Below are positions 47,812 to 57,771 of a stretch of DNA of 64,000 bases, piece by piece (positions within the stretch are counted from its first letter, which is position 1; the number at the start of each line of letters is the position of its first letter). Below the pieces are notes generated by a model. It searched no databases. It was not told the DNA's origin and was given only the letters and a program-made list of their open reading frames with translations. The position numbers and the translations under genes are program-made. This stretch comes from Candidatus Gottesmanbacteria bacterium (GTDB lineage Bacteria > Patescibacteriota > Microgenomatia > UBA10105 > UBA927), in assembly GCA_963809665.1 (NCBI GenBank), contig CAWEKC010000005.1:11878-75877 (forward strand). Direction: 5' to 3'.

Positions 47812-48426
47812 GGCTCGGGATGACAAGCCGCCTCCTGCGGCAGCAAATCAATCCGATTTTTTTCAGTAGTGCTACCTGCACACTCGCCGTTTCGCGTGTT
47901 GTGCCGATCCATGCAGCAATTTCCCTGTGAGTTACAGGTACGGGAAAAACGATAATTACTCCTTCTTTTTCTCCGAGATTATGAGCCAAATACAACAGTA
48001 GAAGAATCGTCTTTTTATATGCAGAGCCTGATATGAGGTATTCGATACGATGCCGATACCGCAGAGACCCGAAAGAAGCAGCCGCGTCAGATCGTAGACG
48101 ACCGGAGGATTATTGTGTAAGAATTCCCTTACCGCTTTTTTGGGCGCCCGCCATAGTTCAACCGGCGTGACCGCCTTCAGATAATACCGGTTCGGCTCAT
48201 CATTCACGACCCACGTCACCGGGAAAAATGAGTTCGGCTTAAAAATGTGAAACATAAGCATCGTTCCCCATTCGTCCACCATATACTGACGCACATACCC
48301 TTTCGTAAGGTACATCACGCCCTGCGGGGCATCCTCAGCACGGAGAATGATGTCTCCTTTCCGGTATGTAAGATGCGTAAACTTACCGAAGAACGCATCG
48401 AGCGCTCCCGTTACAATACCATCCAT
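47768..48426 (-). CDS. Crp/Fnr family transcriptional regulator, frameshifted in this assembly near 47995-48060
   Basis: cNMP-binding beta-roll (47956..48426 ORF) and wHTH (THREIAAWIGTTRETASVQVALLKKIGLI, 47768..47995 ORF) are in different frames. The HTH frame is open upstream (…YLISGSAYKKTILLLLYLAHNLGEKEG) back to a TAA. Confidence 0.6.
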
Positions 48427-48489
48427 ACGGACAAATAATTACGAATATAGATATGTAGTATTCCATGCGCGGTATGGTATAGTAAACAT

Positions 48490-48918
48490 ATGAAACGCTC
48501 GCTGTACCTGAACCGGATTATTTTTGTTCTTGCTATAGTCGGAATATTGATTGCTGCCTACGTCACCCAGAGCTTCTTACGGAAAGTCGGCATTATCTGT
48601 GTGTCTTCGGGCTGTGAGCTGGTGCGTAAAAGCCCGGCAAGTTATCTTTGGGGCGTACCGGTACCTTCCGTTGGACTTTTAGGATACTCCACAATCGCAA
48701 TCCTCGCGTTTTTACGTACGACAAATCCCGCAAAAGGTTTGTTATACGGAATTCTGGGAATGACAATCTTCGGCGTCCTCTTTACCGGCTGGTTTACGTA
48801 TACGGAACTCTTTGTCATTAAAGGTGTATGCACGTGGTGTGCCATATCCACCGTGAACATGTTTGTCCTCTTCTGCCTCGCTCTCAAAAGTTATACATTG
48901 GAAAAGAAAGGCAAATAA
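48490..48918 (+). CDS. vitamin K epoxide reductase (VKOR) family protein
   Basis: Four TM helices, loop Cys pair CVSSGC and active-site CTWC. Confidence 0.7.
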   Translation: MKRSLYLNRIIFVLAIVGILIAAYVTQSFLRKVGIICVSSGCELVRKSPASYLWGVPVPSVGLLGYSTIAILAFLRTTNPAKGLLYGILGMTIFGVLFTGWFTYTELFVIKGVCTWCAISTVNMFVLFCLALKSYTLEKKGK

Positions 48919-48920
48919 TT

Positions 48921-49682
48921 ATGTTTGATTTGACCGGCAAAGTCGCGCTCGTGACCGGCGCTTCAAGTGGTATCGGAAGAGCCTCAGCACTCGCCCTCTC
49001 AGCCCAGGGAGCTAAAGTGGTCGTTGCTGCACGCCGAATTGATCGTCTGCAGGCGCTTGTGGCAGAAATTAAAAACCACGGAAAAGACGCCCTTGCGGTT
49101 CAAACGGATGTTCTGAAAAAATCTGAAATCGACAATGCAGTCGCTTTGGCGGTCAAAACGTTCGGTCGGCTGGATATACTCCTCAATAACGCCGGGGTGG
49201 GCGCACTCTCCCCCGCACTCGAAATGACGGAGGAAGTGTGGGATACCGTCCTTAATACAAATCTGCGCGCCTACTTTTTGGTCGCACAGGCAGCAGCCCG
49301 CGAAATGGTCAAGAATAAATGGGGTCGCATCATCAATATCGCGTCCATTCTCTCCGGCGGCGTCGGTAGCGGCATGACCGGTGCCGTCAATTATTGTGCC
49401 AGTAAAGGCGGTGTGGTCGCCATGACCGAAGCGCTTGCCGATGAGTTTGCCCTGCAAGGCATCACGGTAAATGCCATAGGACCGGGATTTATAGAAACGG
49501 AAATGACCAAACAGGTGCAGGAAATGCCCGATTTCTACAAAATGCTGTTGGCACGAATTCCGATGCAACGATTCGGTAAAGCGGAAGAAATTGCCGCGGT
49601 CGTGGCATTTTTAGCTTCCGATGAAGCAAGCTATATGACCGGCTCCACACTGTACACCGATGGAGGTTGGACGGCGGCATAA
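48921..49682 (+). CDS. SDR family oxidoreductase (FabG-like)
   Basis: TGASSGIGRA Rossmann motif, NNAG, catalytic YxxxK (YCASK). Start at ATG 48921, 2 nt after the VKOR stop. Confidence 0.85.
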   Translation: MFDLTGKVALVTGASSGIGRASALALSAQGAKVVVAARRIDRLQALVAEIKNHGKDALAVQTDVLKKSEIDNAVALAVKTFGRLDILLNNAGVGALSPALEMTEEVWDTVLNTNLRAYFLVAQAAAREMVKNKWGRIINIASILSGGVGSGMTGAVNYCASKGGVVAMTEALADEFALQGITVNAIGPGFIETEMTKQVQEMPDFYKMLLARIPMQRFGKAEEIAAVVAFLASDEASYMTGSTLYTDGGWTAA

Positions 49683-49753
49683 TTGCATGGGATGTGCTAG
49701 TATGAATGAAGATACACATGTCGTACTTCTGACCCTGGAGGGAGGTGATACTT

Positions 49754-49900
49754 ATGGCAAAGGCAAAAACGAAAATTAAATTAGATGTAATGAGTATCAC
49801 CGTTCTCTTGGTAATGGCGGTTTTCGGCGGACTCATCGGTTTCTACGTCGGACAGGCGGCGGGAATCAATGCAGCAATTCAGGCAGTCGGAATAAAATAA
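49754..49900 (+). CDS. small membrane protein (48 aa), not in ORF track
   Basis: Strong RBS GGAGGTGATACTT-ATG. MAKAKTKIKLDVMSITVLLVMAVFGGLIGFYVGQAAGINAAIQAVGIK. Followed by a terminator. Confidence 0.35.
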   Translation: MAKAKTKIKLDVMSITVLLVMAVFGGLIGFYVGQAAGINAAIQAVGIK

Positions 49901-49921
49901 GAAACATTGTTTAACCGGAAT

Positions 49922-49955
49922 ATCCCCCGAAGCTTTAGCGGAGGGGGATTTTTCG
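49922..49955 (+). terminator. rho-independent terminator
   Basis: ATCCCCC…GGGGGAT 7-bp GC stem followed by TTTTT. Confidence 0.5.
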
Positions 49956-49964
49956 TGCATGGCG

Positions 49965-50624
49965 TCAAAGATACAGCGCTACGGTCATGTTCCAGAAGAT
50001 GTGGACCAGAATCGGGGCAACGAGTGACCCCGTGTTGTAATAGAGGAGGCTGTTGGCGATCGCAAGAACCAAATCCGTCACCAAAAAGAGAATGAGTGTC
50101 GGTCCCTGCAGTTTTGTCATCGTAACCAGAATCGGAATATGGAGGAGGACAAACATCACCGAAGAAACAAGGGATGAGTACATCAGGTTCTTTGTTTTTT
50201 CATACAAACGGTTAAAAACAAACCCGCGCGCGAGTAATTCTTCCGTACAGGCCGTTGCCAGCGACAAAATAATGAGGAAAAATCCGTACTGCTGGAATGC
50301 GGCAATCGGGTTAACGTCCCATGTTCCGTATTTGACGGCATGAGTAACCATGCCTTCAAGCGCAAATACAATACCGAACCCCAACCCGATATATACGCTG
50401 GAAAAAAAATTACGACGGGTGATCCCTAGCGTTGCTAAACTCTGTTTTTCTTTATTGCGGACGTACCAGATGACCGGTGCCACAAACACGAGCGGCTTGA
50501 AGATAAACTCATCGGCCCATTCGGGGAGTTTGAAAAAATACCGGTACAGGCTCCACGCCAGGAGAATCCATGCCCAGAGACGAAAAACACTGGAAACCGA
50601 CGTCACTACTTTTTTGGCAGCCAT
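49965..50624 (-). CDS. CPBP family intramembrane metalloprotease (CAAX protease-like)
   Basis: EELLARGF (EExxxR), FxxxH and HIFWN motifs in TM helices. Confidence 0.8.
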   Translation of the reverse strand: MAAKKVVTSVSSVFRLWAWILLAWSLYRYFFKLPEWADEFIFKPLVFVAPVIWYVRNKEKQSLATLGITRRNFFSSVYIGLGFGIVFALEGMVTHAVKYGTWDVNPIAAFQQYGFFLIILSLATACTEELLARGFVFNRLYEKTKNLMYSSLVSSVMFVLLHIPILVTMTKLQGPTLILFLVTDLVLAIANSLLYYNTGSLVAPILVHIFWNMTVALYL

Positions 50625-50645
50625 ACTATTACAATACCCACTCGT

Positions 50646-51137
50646 TCATTTTGGTGCAAGTATCAATACCGCCTCGCGCATGGTACCTACCAACTGATTC
50701 ACCTGTTCCACGGCCATATCACGTGTAAGCGACCGGTAGTTGTGGGGGAAATAGTGGAATACCATGTTCCTCCCCTCTTTCCACGTATGCCAAAGCCGTG
50801 CCGCCAGCTGATCGCCGTATCGGTCGCTGATTTGTTTATACGCACTTCTGTCGCCGAGACGGTGGACCATATTCGGAGACAATACTTTACCGATACGGAA
50901 ATGGTCGCTCCTGTACTCGCGGTCGGATATAATGTGTGCGTCCAGAAATAATTTTTTCAAAAATCCTTCGTAGAGCTTCGCGAACGGGAATACAAGGTAT
51001 GAAAAATCCTGCCTGCCGGCAGGCAGGCCGTCGGCTGTATGCCTGATACTGTCTTCAATCAAGAACTCCCCGTCCCGGACGAGCGCCCGCATATCCGGCG
51101 CCAAATACTGCCAAAGTGCTGAGGTTTCTTCCATCAT
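50646..51137 (-). CDS. hypothetical protein (contains palindromic LPAGRQ insert)
   Basis: Start taken at MMEETSALW (ATGA overlap with the upstream gene stop). No family recognised. Confidence 0.4.
   Translation of the reverse strand: MMEETSALWQYLAPDMRALVRDGEFLIEDSIRHTADGLPAGRQDFSYLVFPFAKLYEGFLKKLFLDAHIISDREYRSDHFRIGKVLSPNMVHRLGDRSAYKQISDRYGDQLAARLWHTWKEGRNMVFHYFPHNYRSLTRDMAVEQVNQLVGTMREAVLILAPK
51008..51027. repeat. palindromic element copy F (CCTGCCTGCCGGCAGGCAGG), in frame in a hypothetical gene (LPAGRQ)
   Basis: Identical to copy A. Confidence 0.8.
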
Positions 51138-51679
51138 GACCAGCGTAAGAATAGAAGCGTTTCTACGACAAAAAGTGCGGCGAAAATAAGCATTCCCCAA
51201 CGCTGGAGTGCGGGAGCAACCGGTCCTTCAACCATGCGGTACCACGAGTTGAGATTACCCGTAATCTGCCATTCACCGACCTGCCAAAGAATCATGGTTA
51301 AATAGAGCGTCAGCACCAATCCTTCGGCAAGCATACTGTCTGCGCTCGTTACGACAAACAGCGACAGAACGACAAATGCTCCGGCAAATACGATGCTCCG
51401 AAACGGTGAGGGGCTGATGGCAAAAAATACTTCTGACGCATCCAATAAATAGACGCCTACAACGCCGCCGAGGATAAACCAGACGGAATCAAGGGGCGGA
51501 TGTATAAACCACTTCAGGATTCCGGCTACAAGCAGATATCCGAGTGAGATAAATAGAAACAGAAGCGGCTTGCGGGAGATTATCTGTTTGAACATATCTC
51601 TAGTATACAACGGTGAAGTTAAAAAATTCACCCGTTTCACGGAGCCACGTAATCTCAACGCGTTCAACCCACGCCACAT
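51134..51679 (-). CDS. hypothetical membrane protein
   Basis: 181 aa with 5-6 TM helices. Confidence 0.4.
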   Translation of the reverse strand: MWRGLNALRLRGSVKRVNFLTSPLYTRDMFKQIISRKPLLFLFISLGYLLVAGILKWFIHPPLDSVWFILGGVVGVYLLDASEVFFAISPSPFRSIVFAGAFVVLSLFVVTSADSMLAEGLVLTLYLTMILWQVGEWQITGNLNSWYRMVEGPVAPALQRWGMLIFAALFVVETLLFLRWS

Positions 51680-51872
51680 CCGGGCCGTGTTTACAATATT
51701 TTATTAATTCGTCGAGTTTTTCTTTTTTGCCCTCCGCGACAATCTCCACAGCACCATCTTCCCTGTTTTTTACCCACCCCGTAAGCCCCAAACCCTGAGC
51801 TCGTCGTACAACCCACGCGCGATACCCCACGCCTACGACATCTCCGGAGATTATTAGACGTACCCGTTTCAC
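51600..51872 (-). CDS. acyP: acylphosphatase
   Basis: ISGDVVGVGYRAW and GWVKNREDGAVE motifs, 90 aa. Confidence 0.8.
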   Translation of the reverse strand: MKRVRLIISGDVVGVGYRAWVVRRAQGLGLTGWVKNREDGAVEIVAEGKKEKLDELIKYCKHGPDVAWVERVEITWLRETGEFFNFTVVY

Positions 51873-52147
51873 TCCTTGCCTTTCCGCAACTCACCCATTT
51901 TCCACATAAAAAGCTTGGCGCGGCTCCTGGCATTGGCATCCTTGACGAAACTTAATGCTTTCTCCAGTACGGCACGCGGAACCGTCTTGGCCAGACGTAT
52001 GTAGAGCGCCTTGTGTTTGTAATCATCCAGAGATTCTGCCAGATAAATCCCGTAGGACTGGAATTCGCGGGAAATGTATTTGTCTTCCAGCGGGTTAAAT
52101 TTTTTGAGGATATCTCCGATCGCTGGGATAACGGTTTGGTCTGCCAT
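51869..52147 (-). CDS. hypothetical protein
   Basis: 92-aa ORF between pth and acyP with 4-nt overlaps. Confidence 0.35.
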   Translation of the reverse strand: MADQTVIPAIGDILKKFNPLEDKYISREFQSYGIYLAESLDDYKHKALYIRLAKTVPRAVLEKALSFVKDANARSRAKLFMWKMGELRKGKE

Positions 52148-52149
52148 AC

Positions 52150-52716
52150 CTAATTAAATCTGTTCATCGCCACGTCAATACCCTTGAGAATGGCCATCTG
52201 GACCGCCTGCGTTCCGTGTTTGATAAGGTGTTTAAACGATCCGGCCTCCGACTGGCGGAACCGCGACAATACAAATGAAATCACGGATCGGTCGTTTGTA
52301 TCTGTCCCTCTCCCTATACCGAGGCGGAACCGGATAAATTCATCGGTACCCAGTTCTTTAATAACGGATTCTATGCCGTGATGCCCGGCGCTCCCGCCTT
52401 TCTCACGGATTTTTATCTTCCCGAGGGGCAGATCGATATCATCATGAATAACCCATACGTCGGCGGGAGTCAGTTTGTAAAAATTCACGAGCGCGCGGAC
52501 CGCAAACCCGGATTTGTTCATAAACGTCTGGGGTTTTACCAACAGCACTTCGCCGATTTTCGCCGTCAGCACATTCTTTTTCTCATCCTTTTGCCATGCT
52601 GGCGGCACACCGGCTCCTAATTCTTTCTCCAACTTATCGATTACCATGAATCCGATGTTGTGGCGGGTATCTTTATATTCACTCCCGGGATTACCAAGGC
52701 CGACAATGAGTTTCAT
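52150..52716 (-). CDS. pth: peptidyl-tRNA hydrolase
   Basis: MKLIVGLGNPG...TRHNIGF...GGHNGL-like motifs. Confidence 0.9.
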   Translation of the reverse strand: MKLIVGLGNPGSEYKDTRHNIGFMVIDKLEKELGAGVPPAWQKDEKKNVLTAKIGEVLLVKPQTFMNKSGFAVRALVNFYKLTPADVWVIHDDIDLPLGKIKIREKGGSAGHHGIESVIKELGTDEFIRFRLGIGRGTDTNDRSVISFVLSRFRQSEAGSFKHLIKHGTQAVQMAILKGIDVAMNRFN

Positions 52717-53210
52717 GAGAGTAATTGTACCACGTCTCCGTCGGAGACCTGCGTAAAATCGCGGTAGAACTGCCCGACAGATTCGAAATTATCAGGTTTT
52801 TCCAACACGATGACCTTATCTGCCAGCGATTGAAGCGTATGAACGACATCCGGCGGGGCGACCGGCAACGCAACGATGATTTTTTTAACACCGTGGTCAC
52901 GAACCCAACGGATCGCGGCTGCTATAGTCGCGCCTGTTGCCGCCCCGTCGTCCGTTAAAATGATAATTTTGCCGCGGACATCAAGCGATTGCCTGTCCGG
53001 CACAATGGCACCGGTAGCCAGTTCGGGATTTCCGGGACTTCCGATTTTTTTTACCACGAGTACATCAAACGGTTTTTGAATGACCTTTGAAACTCCTGAG
53101 GCAACCACTGCCCCGCCGTGCGCTATTCCGATGACAAGATTGGTGGCTTTTGAAGAAGCTGTCAGTTGTTTACCCAACAATTTGCCTGCTTCGAAGCGAT
53201 CCGTAAACAC
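52713..53210 (-). CDS. phosphoribosyltransferase domain protein
   Basis: PRPP-binding motif KIIILTDDGAATGATI. Confidence 0.65.
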   Translation of the reverse strand: MFTDRFEAGKLLGKQLTASSKATNLVIGIAHGGAVVASGVSKVIQKPFDVLVVKKIGSPGNPELATGAIVPDRQSLDVRGKIIILTDDGAATGATIAAAIRWVRDHGVKKIIVALPVAPPDVVHTLQSLADKVIVLEKPDNFESVGQFYRDFTQVSDGDVVQLLS

Positions 53211-53285
53211 GATTGTTCCCCTTCCTCACAACAACAAGTACTTGGGTAATACCCCAAGTACTCATTGTTTAACATCTCAAAACCA

Positions 53286-53621
53286 TTACTTCATTTTCGC
53301 CAACTGTTTTTCCGCGAGTTCTCCGACGTACGGAACCTTATACATCTCTCCCTGGAAGGACTTCCACATAAGAACTATCCAGAGGATAAATGCGACAAAA
53401 GATAAAAGGAGTCCCGTGAGCCATCCCAATATCGGGATGAATCCCAACACAATATTGACGACGAATATGCCGCCGAACAATATGGTGGACTGCATCGCAT
53501 GAAAACGGACGAATTTATTCTGCTTTTCGACAAGAAGAATAATGATACCGGTAACAAACCCCAGTAAGTAGGATGCTGCTGCAAGTAAATTTTCGTTGCT
53601 TTTTTCTGCCATTCTATTCAC
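53286..53621 (-). CDS. DUF4870-like small membrane protein
   Basis: LLAAASYLLGFVTGIIILLVEKQNKFVRFHAMQS pattern, 3 TM helices. Confidence 0.55.
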   Translation of the reverse strand: MNRMAEKSNENLLAAASYLLGFVTGIIILLVEKQNKFVRFHAMQSTILFGGIFVVNIVLGFIPILGWLTGLLLSFVAFILWIVLMWKSFQGEMYKVPYVGELAEKQLAKMK

Positions 53622-53698
53622 CTCCCCTCAAAAATTCATTATCTATATTTTACCACAACTATCTACACGATAACGAAGCGGTACCATGCCGTCAATGG

Positions 53699-55015
53699 CT
53701 AAAAAATCGACAATTGTTCTTTGGAAGCATCAATGAGCGGTTTTTGTTCGCCTTCGCGCCAGAGCTTCACGACACCGAATACGCCATCATAGCCCGGATC
53801 TATAACGATGTCCCCGGCGCGTACTTTATCAACACCGGCCGCCACCCGTTCCCCGGCAATTTTGGCAATGTCCGCATGGCCAGCTTTCAAAAGAACACTA
53901 AATTCTCCGCCCAGCGCATCGGTTAATACACGGTAGGGTGTTTGCACTTTCGGACTGGCAACCGGCGACCCGAGGCATTCGGAAATAATTTCCTGGAGGG
54001 GTACCAGCATGACAAACGGCGGACGTTTCGGAAACGCGCCGCTCATAATCATTCCTGTTTTTGTCTTAGTAAGCCGCAGATCCTCTTCACTTCGTCCGGC
54101 GAGCTCTCCGACACGCTGCTCAACTCCCTGAACGAGCGGTTTCCCGCACACCGGACAGATCGAACCTTTTTCCGCAGTCTCTTTCGGTCCCCAACGGATA
54201 TTGCACGCGCGGTGGCCGGACCAGTGATACTTCCCCTCCTCCGGGTAAAATTCTATCGTATAGGCGATTTTTGATGGCCCTTTTTGTTTGATAGCATCTG
54301 TAATTGCCGCATAACTGAGGTTTCCCTCGGGAATTTCAAATACCGTGGATTCCCGGCCTAATTTTGGCCCGCTGTGTGCGTCGGAAAAAGAAACGATTGA
54401 ACGGGTATCCAATTCTTTAATCCGCCAGTTCATCGCGGGACTGCTCGAAAGACCGGTCTCAACAGCATAGACGTATTTCGCAAACGGGCCGTATGCTTCT
54501 TCTATGCTGTTAAATCCGCTTTTGGCGCCGTATACGGAAAACCACGGCGTCCAGGCGTGCGCCGGAATTATCATTGCACGGGGTTCGATCGTGAGCACTA
54601 ACTCTGCTACCTGTATTGAAGTGAGACCGATAATCGGCCTGCCGTCGCTCATAAGGTTACAACCCTGTCTGGTCATTTCTTTATTAATTTTGTCGGCAGC
54701 CTCAAGGGACGGTACCCAAATCAATGTGTGGATGCGGCGGCCTTTACCATTTTGTGTATAAATACAGGAAACTTCGGTTGCAAGAAGAAATAACGGGGCG
54801 TTTCGCGCAGATGCTTTTAACTTTAATAACCCGTTGCCGAGTTCTTCAAGGTTTGCCTTGATCTCCCGCATCCAGAGGGGATGCGTCCAATCGCCGGTTG
54901 CCACAAGCCCCATGCCTTTGCGTCCCGTCCACGCAGAAATTTCCGGTAACACCATATTGGGTGATACAGCACGCGAGTATTTTGAGTGTAATTGAAGATC
55001 CGCGATAACCTGCAT
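53699..55015 (-). CDS. PHP-domain nuclease, endonuclease Q-like (TIGR00375 family)
   Basis: N-terminal IADLQLHSKYSRA (PHP metal-binding His motif) and a C-terminal zinc knuckle CPVCGKPL. Length ~440 aa, as in EndoQ. Confidence 0.5.
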   Translation of the reverse strand: MQVIADLQLHSKYSRAVSPNMVLPEISAWTGRKGMGLVATGDWTHPLWMREIKANLEELGNGLLKLKASARNAPLFLLATEVSCIYTQNGKGRRIHTLIWVPSLEAADKINKEMTRQGCNLMSDGRPIIGLTSIQVAELVLTIEPRAMIIPAHAWTPWFSVYGAKSGFNSIEEAYGPFAKYVYAVETGLSSSPAMNWRIKELDTRSIVSFSDAHSGPKLGRESTVFEIPEGNLSYAAITDAIKQKGPSKIAYTIEFYPEEGKYHWSGHRACNIRWGPKETAEKGSICPVCGKPLVQGVEQRVGELAGRSEEDLRLTKTKTGMIMSGAFPKRPPFVMLVPLQEIISECLGSPVASPKVQTPYRVLTDALGGEFSVLLKAGHADIAKIAGERVAAGVDKVRAGDIVIDPGYDGVFGVVKLWREGEQKPLIDASKEQLSIF

Positions 55016-55021
55016 GGAATG

Positions 55022-55840
55022 TTATTCGAACAGTTCTTTCATTAAAGACTTCAATCTAGCATCGTACCGCTTCAGTACCGTCTGTTGCGTTCTTTTTTTC
55101 TTTTCGTAGACATGTCCTCCGGTAAGATACCCGGGTATGAAACGTACGGGATATTTAAAAAATAAGTAGGGCAACCCGGACATGAGATATTGCTGTAAAA
55201 GTTTCAGTTTTCCTTCTTTCCGTAACCGTCTCATGGACCAGATATACAGTGTTTCGGGAATGACCGTAAACGGAAAGCCTTTTTTGTGCAACCGCATACT
55301 AAGGTCTACGTCCTCATTAAACACACGGGTCTCATCGTATCCTCCCACGATATTGAAAACGCTTCGTAACACAACAGTCAGAGGTCCCGGCGCCATCGGC
55401 CTATGGAGGATAATGGACATTTCAAAAATCATATTCGCCAGCAGAGCAATATTTGCATCGCTTGGCAGTTTGGAGTCCGGCCGGGTCCATGTGGTAAAAA
55501 TTTTTGGATGTTCCGTTTCAATATATTGACCGATGCGTTCAATAAACGTCGGCAAGAGTACGCTGTCAGCATCCACAAACACCAGCCACTCCCCTGACGA
55601 TTCTCCTGCTCCCACGTTCCGTTGCCTGGAAACACCGGGGCCATCGGTTACCAGAACGGTAAGGTGCGGTAATTTCCGTTTATACCCTCCGGCAACCGCA
55701 ACTGTTTTATCTTTGGACGCGCCGTCCACGACGACTACTTCAAAATCCTTCCGGGTCTGCGCCGTAAGTGATTCCAGTAATGTGGGCAGATATTTCTCTT
55801 CGTTTAAGGTAGGGATGATGACGGAATAGTGAATGGCCAT
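55022..55840 (-). CDS. glycosyltransferase family 2
   Basis: SVIIPTLNEEKYL...VVVDGASKD...FVDADS DxD region. Confidence 0.8.
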   Translation of the reverse strand: MAIHYSVIIPTLNEEKYLPTLLESLTAQTRKDFEVVVVDGASKDKTVAVAGGYKRKLPHLTVLVTDGPGVSRQRNVGAGESSGEWLVFVDADSVLLPTFIERIGQYIETEHPKIFTTWTRPDSKLPSDANIALLANMIFEMSIILHRPMAPGPLTVVLRSVFNIVGGYDETRVFNEDVDLSMRLHKKGFPFTVIPETLYIWSMRRLRKEGKLKLLQQYLMSGLPYLFFKYPVRFIPGYLTGGHVYEKKKRTQQTVLKRYDARLKSLMKELFE

Positions 55841-55854
55841 ACGTGTGGCCCGTA

Positions 55855-57573
55855 TTATACCTTAGACCCCTGATTTTTGTACATTGCGGTTAGCTCCGCA
55901 ACGGTCGTTGCCTCCCGTGGTGATTTATCGTCACGGATACGTACCAGGCGCGGGAACCGGACCGCAATACCCGCCCCGTGAGTCGGTGAGCGGGTCAGAT
56001 CGTCACCGGCAAGCTCAACGACTATTTTAGGCGCCACCCAAACATCCGGGTAAAGCTGCTTGTTCACGTCCTTGTATTCTCGGGGTTGTTTTAACACTTT
56101 AATATCGTTTAAGCGTTTACGGATTTCTTTCCACAGTTCGTCCGTGACCCCGGTACCGATTTTCGTTACCGTCACAATGCTTTCCCCCTCCGCCACACCC
56201 ACAAGAAATGCGCCTATCCCGAAGCGGCTACGCTTGCCTTCTCCGCGGTAATATCCCATGATGACGGCATCTATCGTATCCGTCAGTTTACCGGTTTTGC
56301 CTTCTTCCTCTTTAAATTTCACCCAGTGGTACCCGGCCCGGCCCGGCTCATAGATGCTGTCCCATTTTTTAACCACCGCGCCCTCGAGTCCTTTCTTAAG
56401 TTGTTCATCATGATACCGGCGGATATCATCGGCATCGTGTGTCACTATCTGCGGCGAAAGCATGAGGTGATTGTTTTTCCGGATTGTCTCCTCCAATATC
56501 TTCCGGCGCCCGGATAGCGGCAGGGATAACAGCTCTTTGCCGTTTTTATAAAGGATGTCAAATACGAAAAATTTCAGAGGAATGTTTTTGGCGGATTCGG
56601 TGATCCCGTGCTTCCGTTTTCTTGTCGAAGTTTCCTGGAACGGAACCAGTTTGTCGTGTTTGGCATCATACCCTACAGCTTCACTGTCCAATATCACGTC
56701 GTCTACGGCAAGCTCCCGGCCTATATCGGTCAATTCGGGAAACATGGGTGATGTATTTTCAAGATTCCTTGAAAACGAGGAAACTCCCGTGCCGCGCTTG
56801 AAATGAATTTGTACACGCACGCCGTCATATTTGGGTTCTACCGCCACCTCGCCCATTTTTTTAATCATCTCATCTGCATTAGGCAGGCGGGCGCAAAGGG
56901 ACGCTAAAATCGGCGCACCGACTTTCACATGGATATGCGCGAGTCCTTTCATCCCGTCCTTTTTTACTTCGGTCGCCAAAAGCCCGATATCCGGCCGGAC
57001 GTTATATGCCGCCTCGAGCCTGCTACGAAGCGATTTATCCCCCGCTTTCATCCATGAAAGCGCATCCAGAATAGTCATATCCGAAAATCCTAACCGGAGT
57101 TTATCCAGAGGTATACGCGCGATGTATCGAGCCGAAAGCGCATCAGTGCCTCTGAGTAGATCCGCAAGCAATCCGATTTTTTTCTCCTGCGATCCTTCCC
57201 CTCCCACGCGTGCAAGTGCGTCGAGATTAACAAAAACCTCATGAACGGATAAGTTTTTATTATCATGTAACGAAACATGATAACAATCCTCTGCCGCTTT
57301 ACCCAAATCCCCATATTTTCTAAATGACTGCCGGACTTTGTTTTCATCGCATCCGTAGGCTTTGGCAATGGCGCGGATCATAAACTTATCGGCAACACCG
57401 AATTCAACCGCTTCGTAGAGGGGAACCGTGCGCCCCTGCACAAGATAACAGATTTCACCGATTTCCTGCGGTTTGGCATGGCGGAATAGTTCTGAAAGTA
57501 TCTCGGTCATGCTGTTCCGGGATGCCGTCACCTCAAGGCGCTGAAAATACTTTGCAAGCTCGGAAAATGTCAT
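55855..57573 (-). CDS. ATP-dependent DNA ligase (archaeal/eukaryotic Lig1-type)
   Basis: Adenylation motif I EPKYDGVRVQIH, motifs III-V (EGAVVKKWDSIYEPGRAGYHWVKFK), C-terminal OB domain. Confidence 0.85.
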   Translation of the reverse strand: MTFSELAKYFQRLEVTASRNSMTEILSELFRHAKPQEIGEICYLVQGRTVPLYEAVEFGVADKFMIRAIAKAYGCDENKVRQSFRKYGDLGKAAEDCYHVSLHDNKNLSVHEVFVNLDALARVGGEGSQEKKIGLLADLLRGTDALSARYIARIPLDKLRLGFSDMTILDALSWMKAGDKSLRSRLEAAYNVRPDIGLLATEVKKDGMKGLAHIHVKVGAPILASLCARLPNADEMIKKMGEVAVEPKYDGVRVQIHFKRGTGVSSFSRNLENTSPMFPELTDIGRELAVDDVILDSEAVGYDAKHDKLVPFQETSTRKRKHGITESAKNIPLKFFVFDILYKNGKELLSLPLSGRRKILEETIRKNNHLMLSPQIVTHDADDIRRYHDEQLKKGLEGAVVKKWDSIYEPGRAGYHWVKFKEEEGKTGKLTDTIDAVIMGYYRGEGKRSRFGIGAFLVGVAEGESIVTVTKIGTGVTDELWKEIRKRLNDIKVLKQPREYKDVNKQLYPDVWVAPKIVVELAGDDLTRSPTHGAGIAVRFPRLVRIRDDKSPREATTVAELTAMYKNQGSKV

Positions 57574-57755
57574 TTGATGTAGAAAAAGTAGGCAAGGGCG
57601 ATAAGTATAAGGAAGACGATGCCAAATCCTATTGCAACCCCGCCGTCGGGCTCATGTTTACTTACCTTTTCTATCCCCTGAAAGATAACAACAACCACAA
57701 ACAATGAAGGGATAATCATGAGGGCGTACACGACACCCGGTCCGGATAGATCCAT
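57570..57755 (-). CDS. small hypothetical membrane protein
   Basis: 61 aa with 2 TM helices. ATGA-type overlap with the ligase start. Confidence 0.3.
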   Translation of the reverse strand: MDLSGPGVVYALMIIPSLFVVVVIFQGIEKVSKHEPDGGVAIGFGIVFLILIALAYFFYIK

Positions 57756-57771
57756 ACCCCTCTATCATCTC

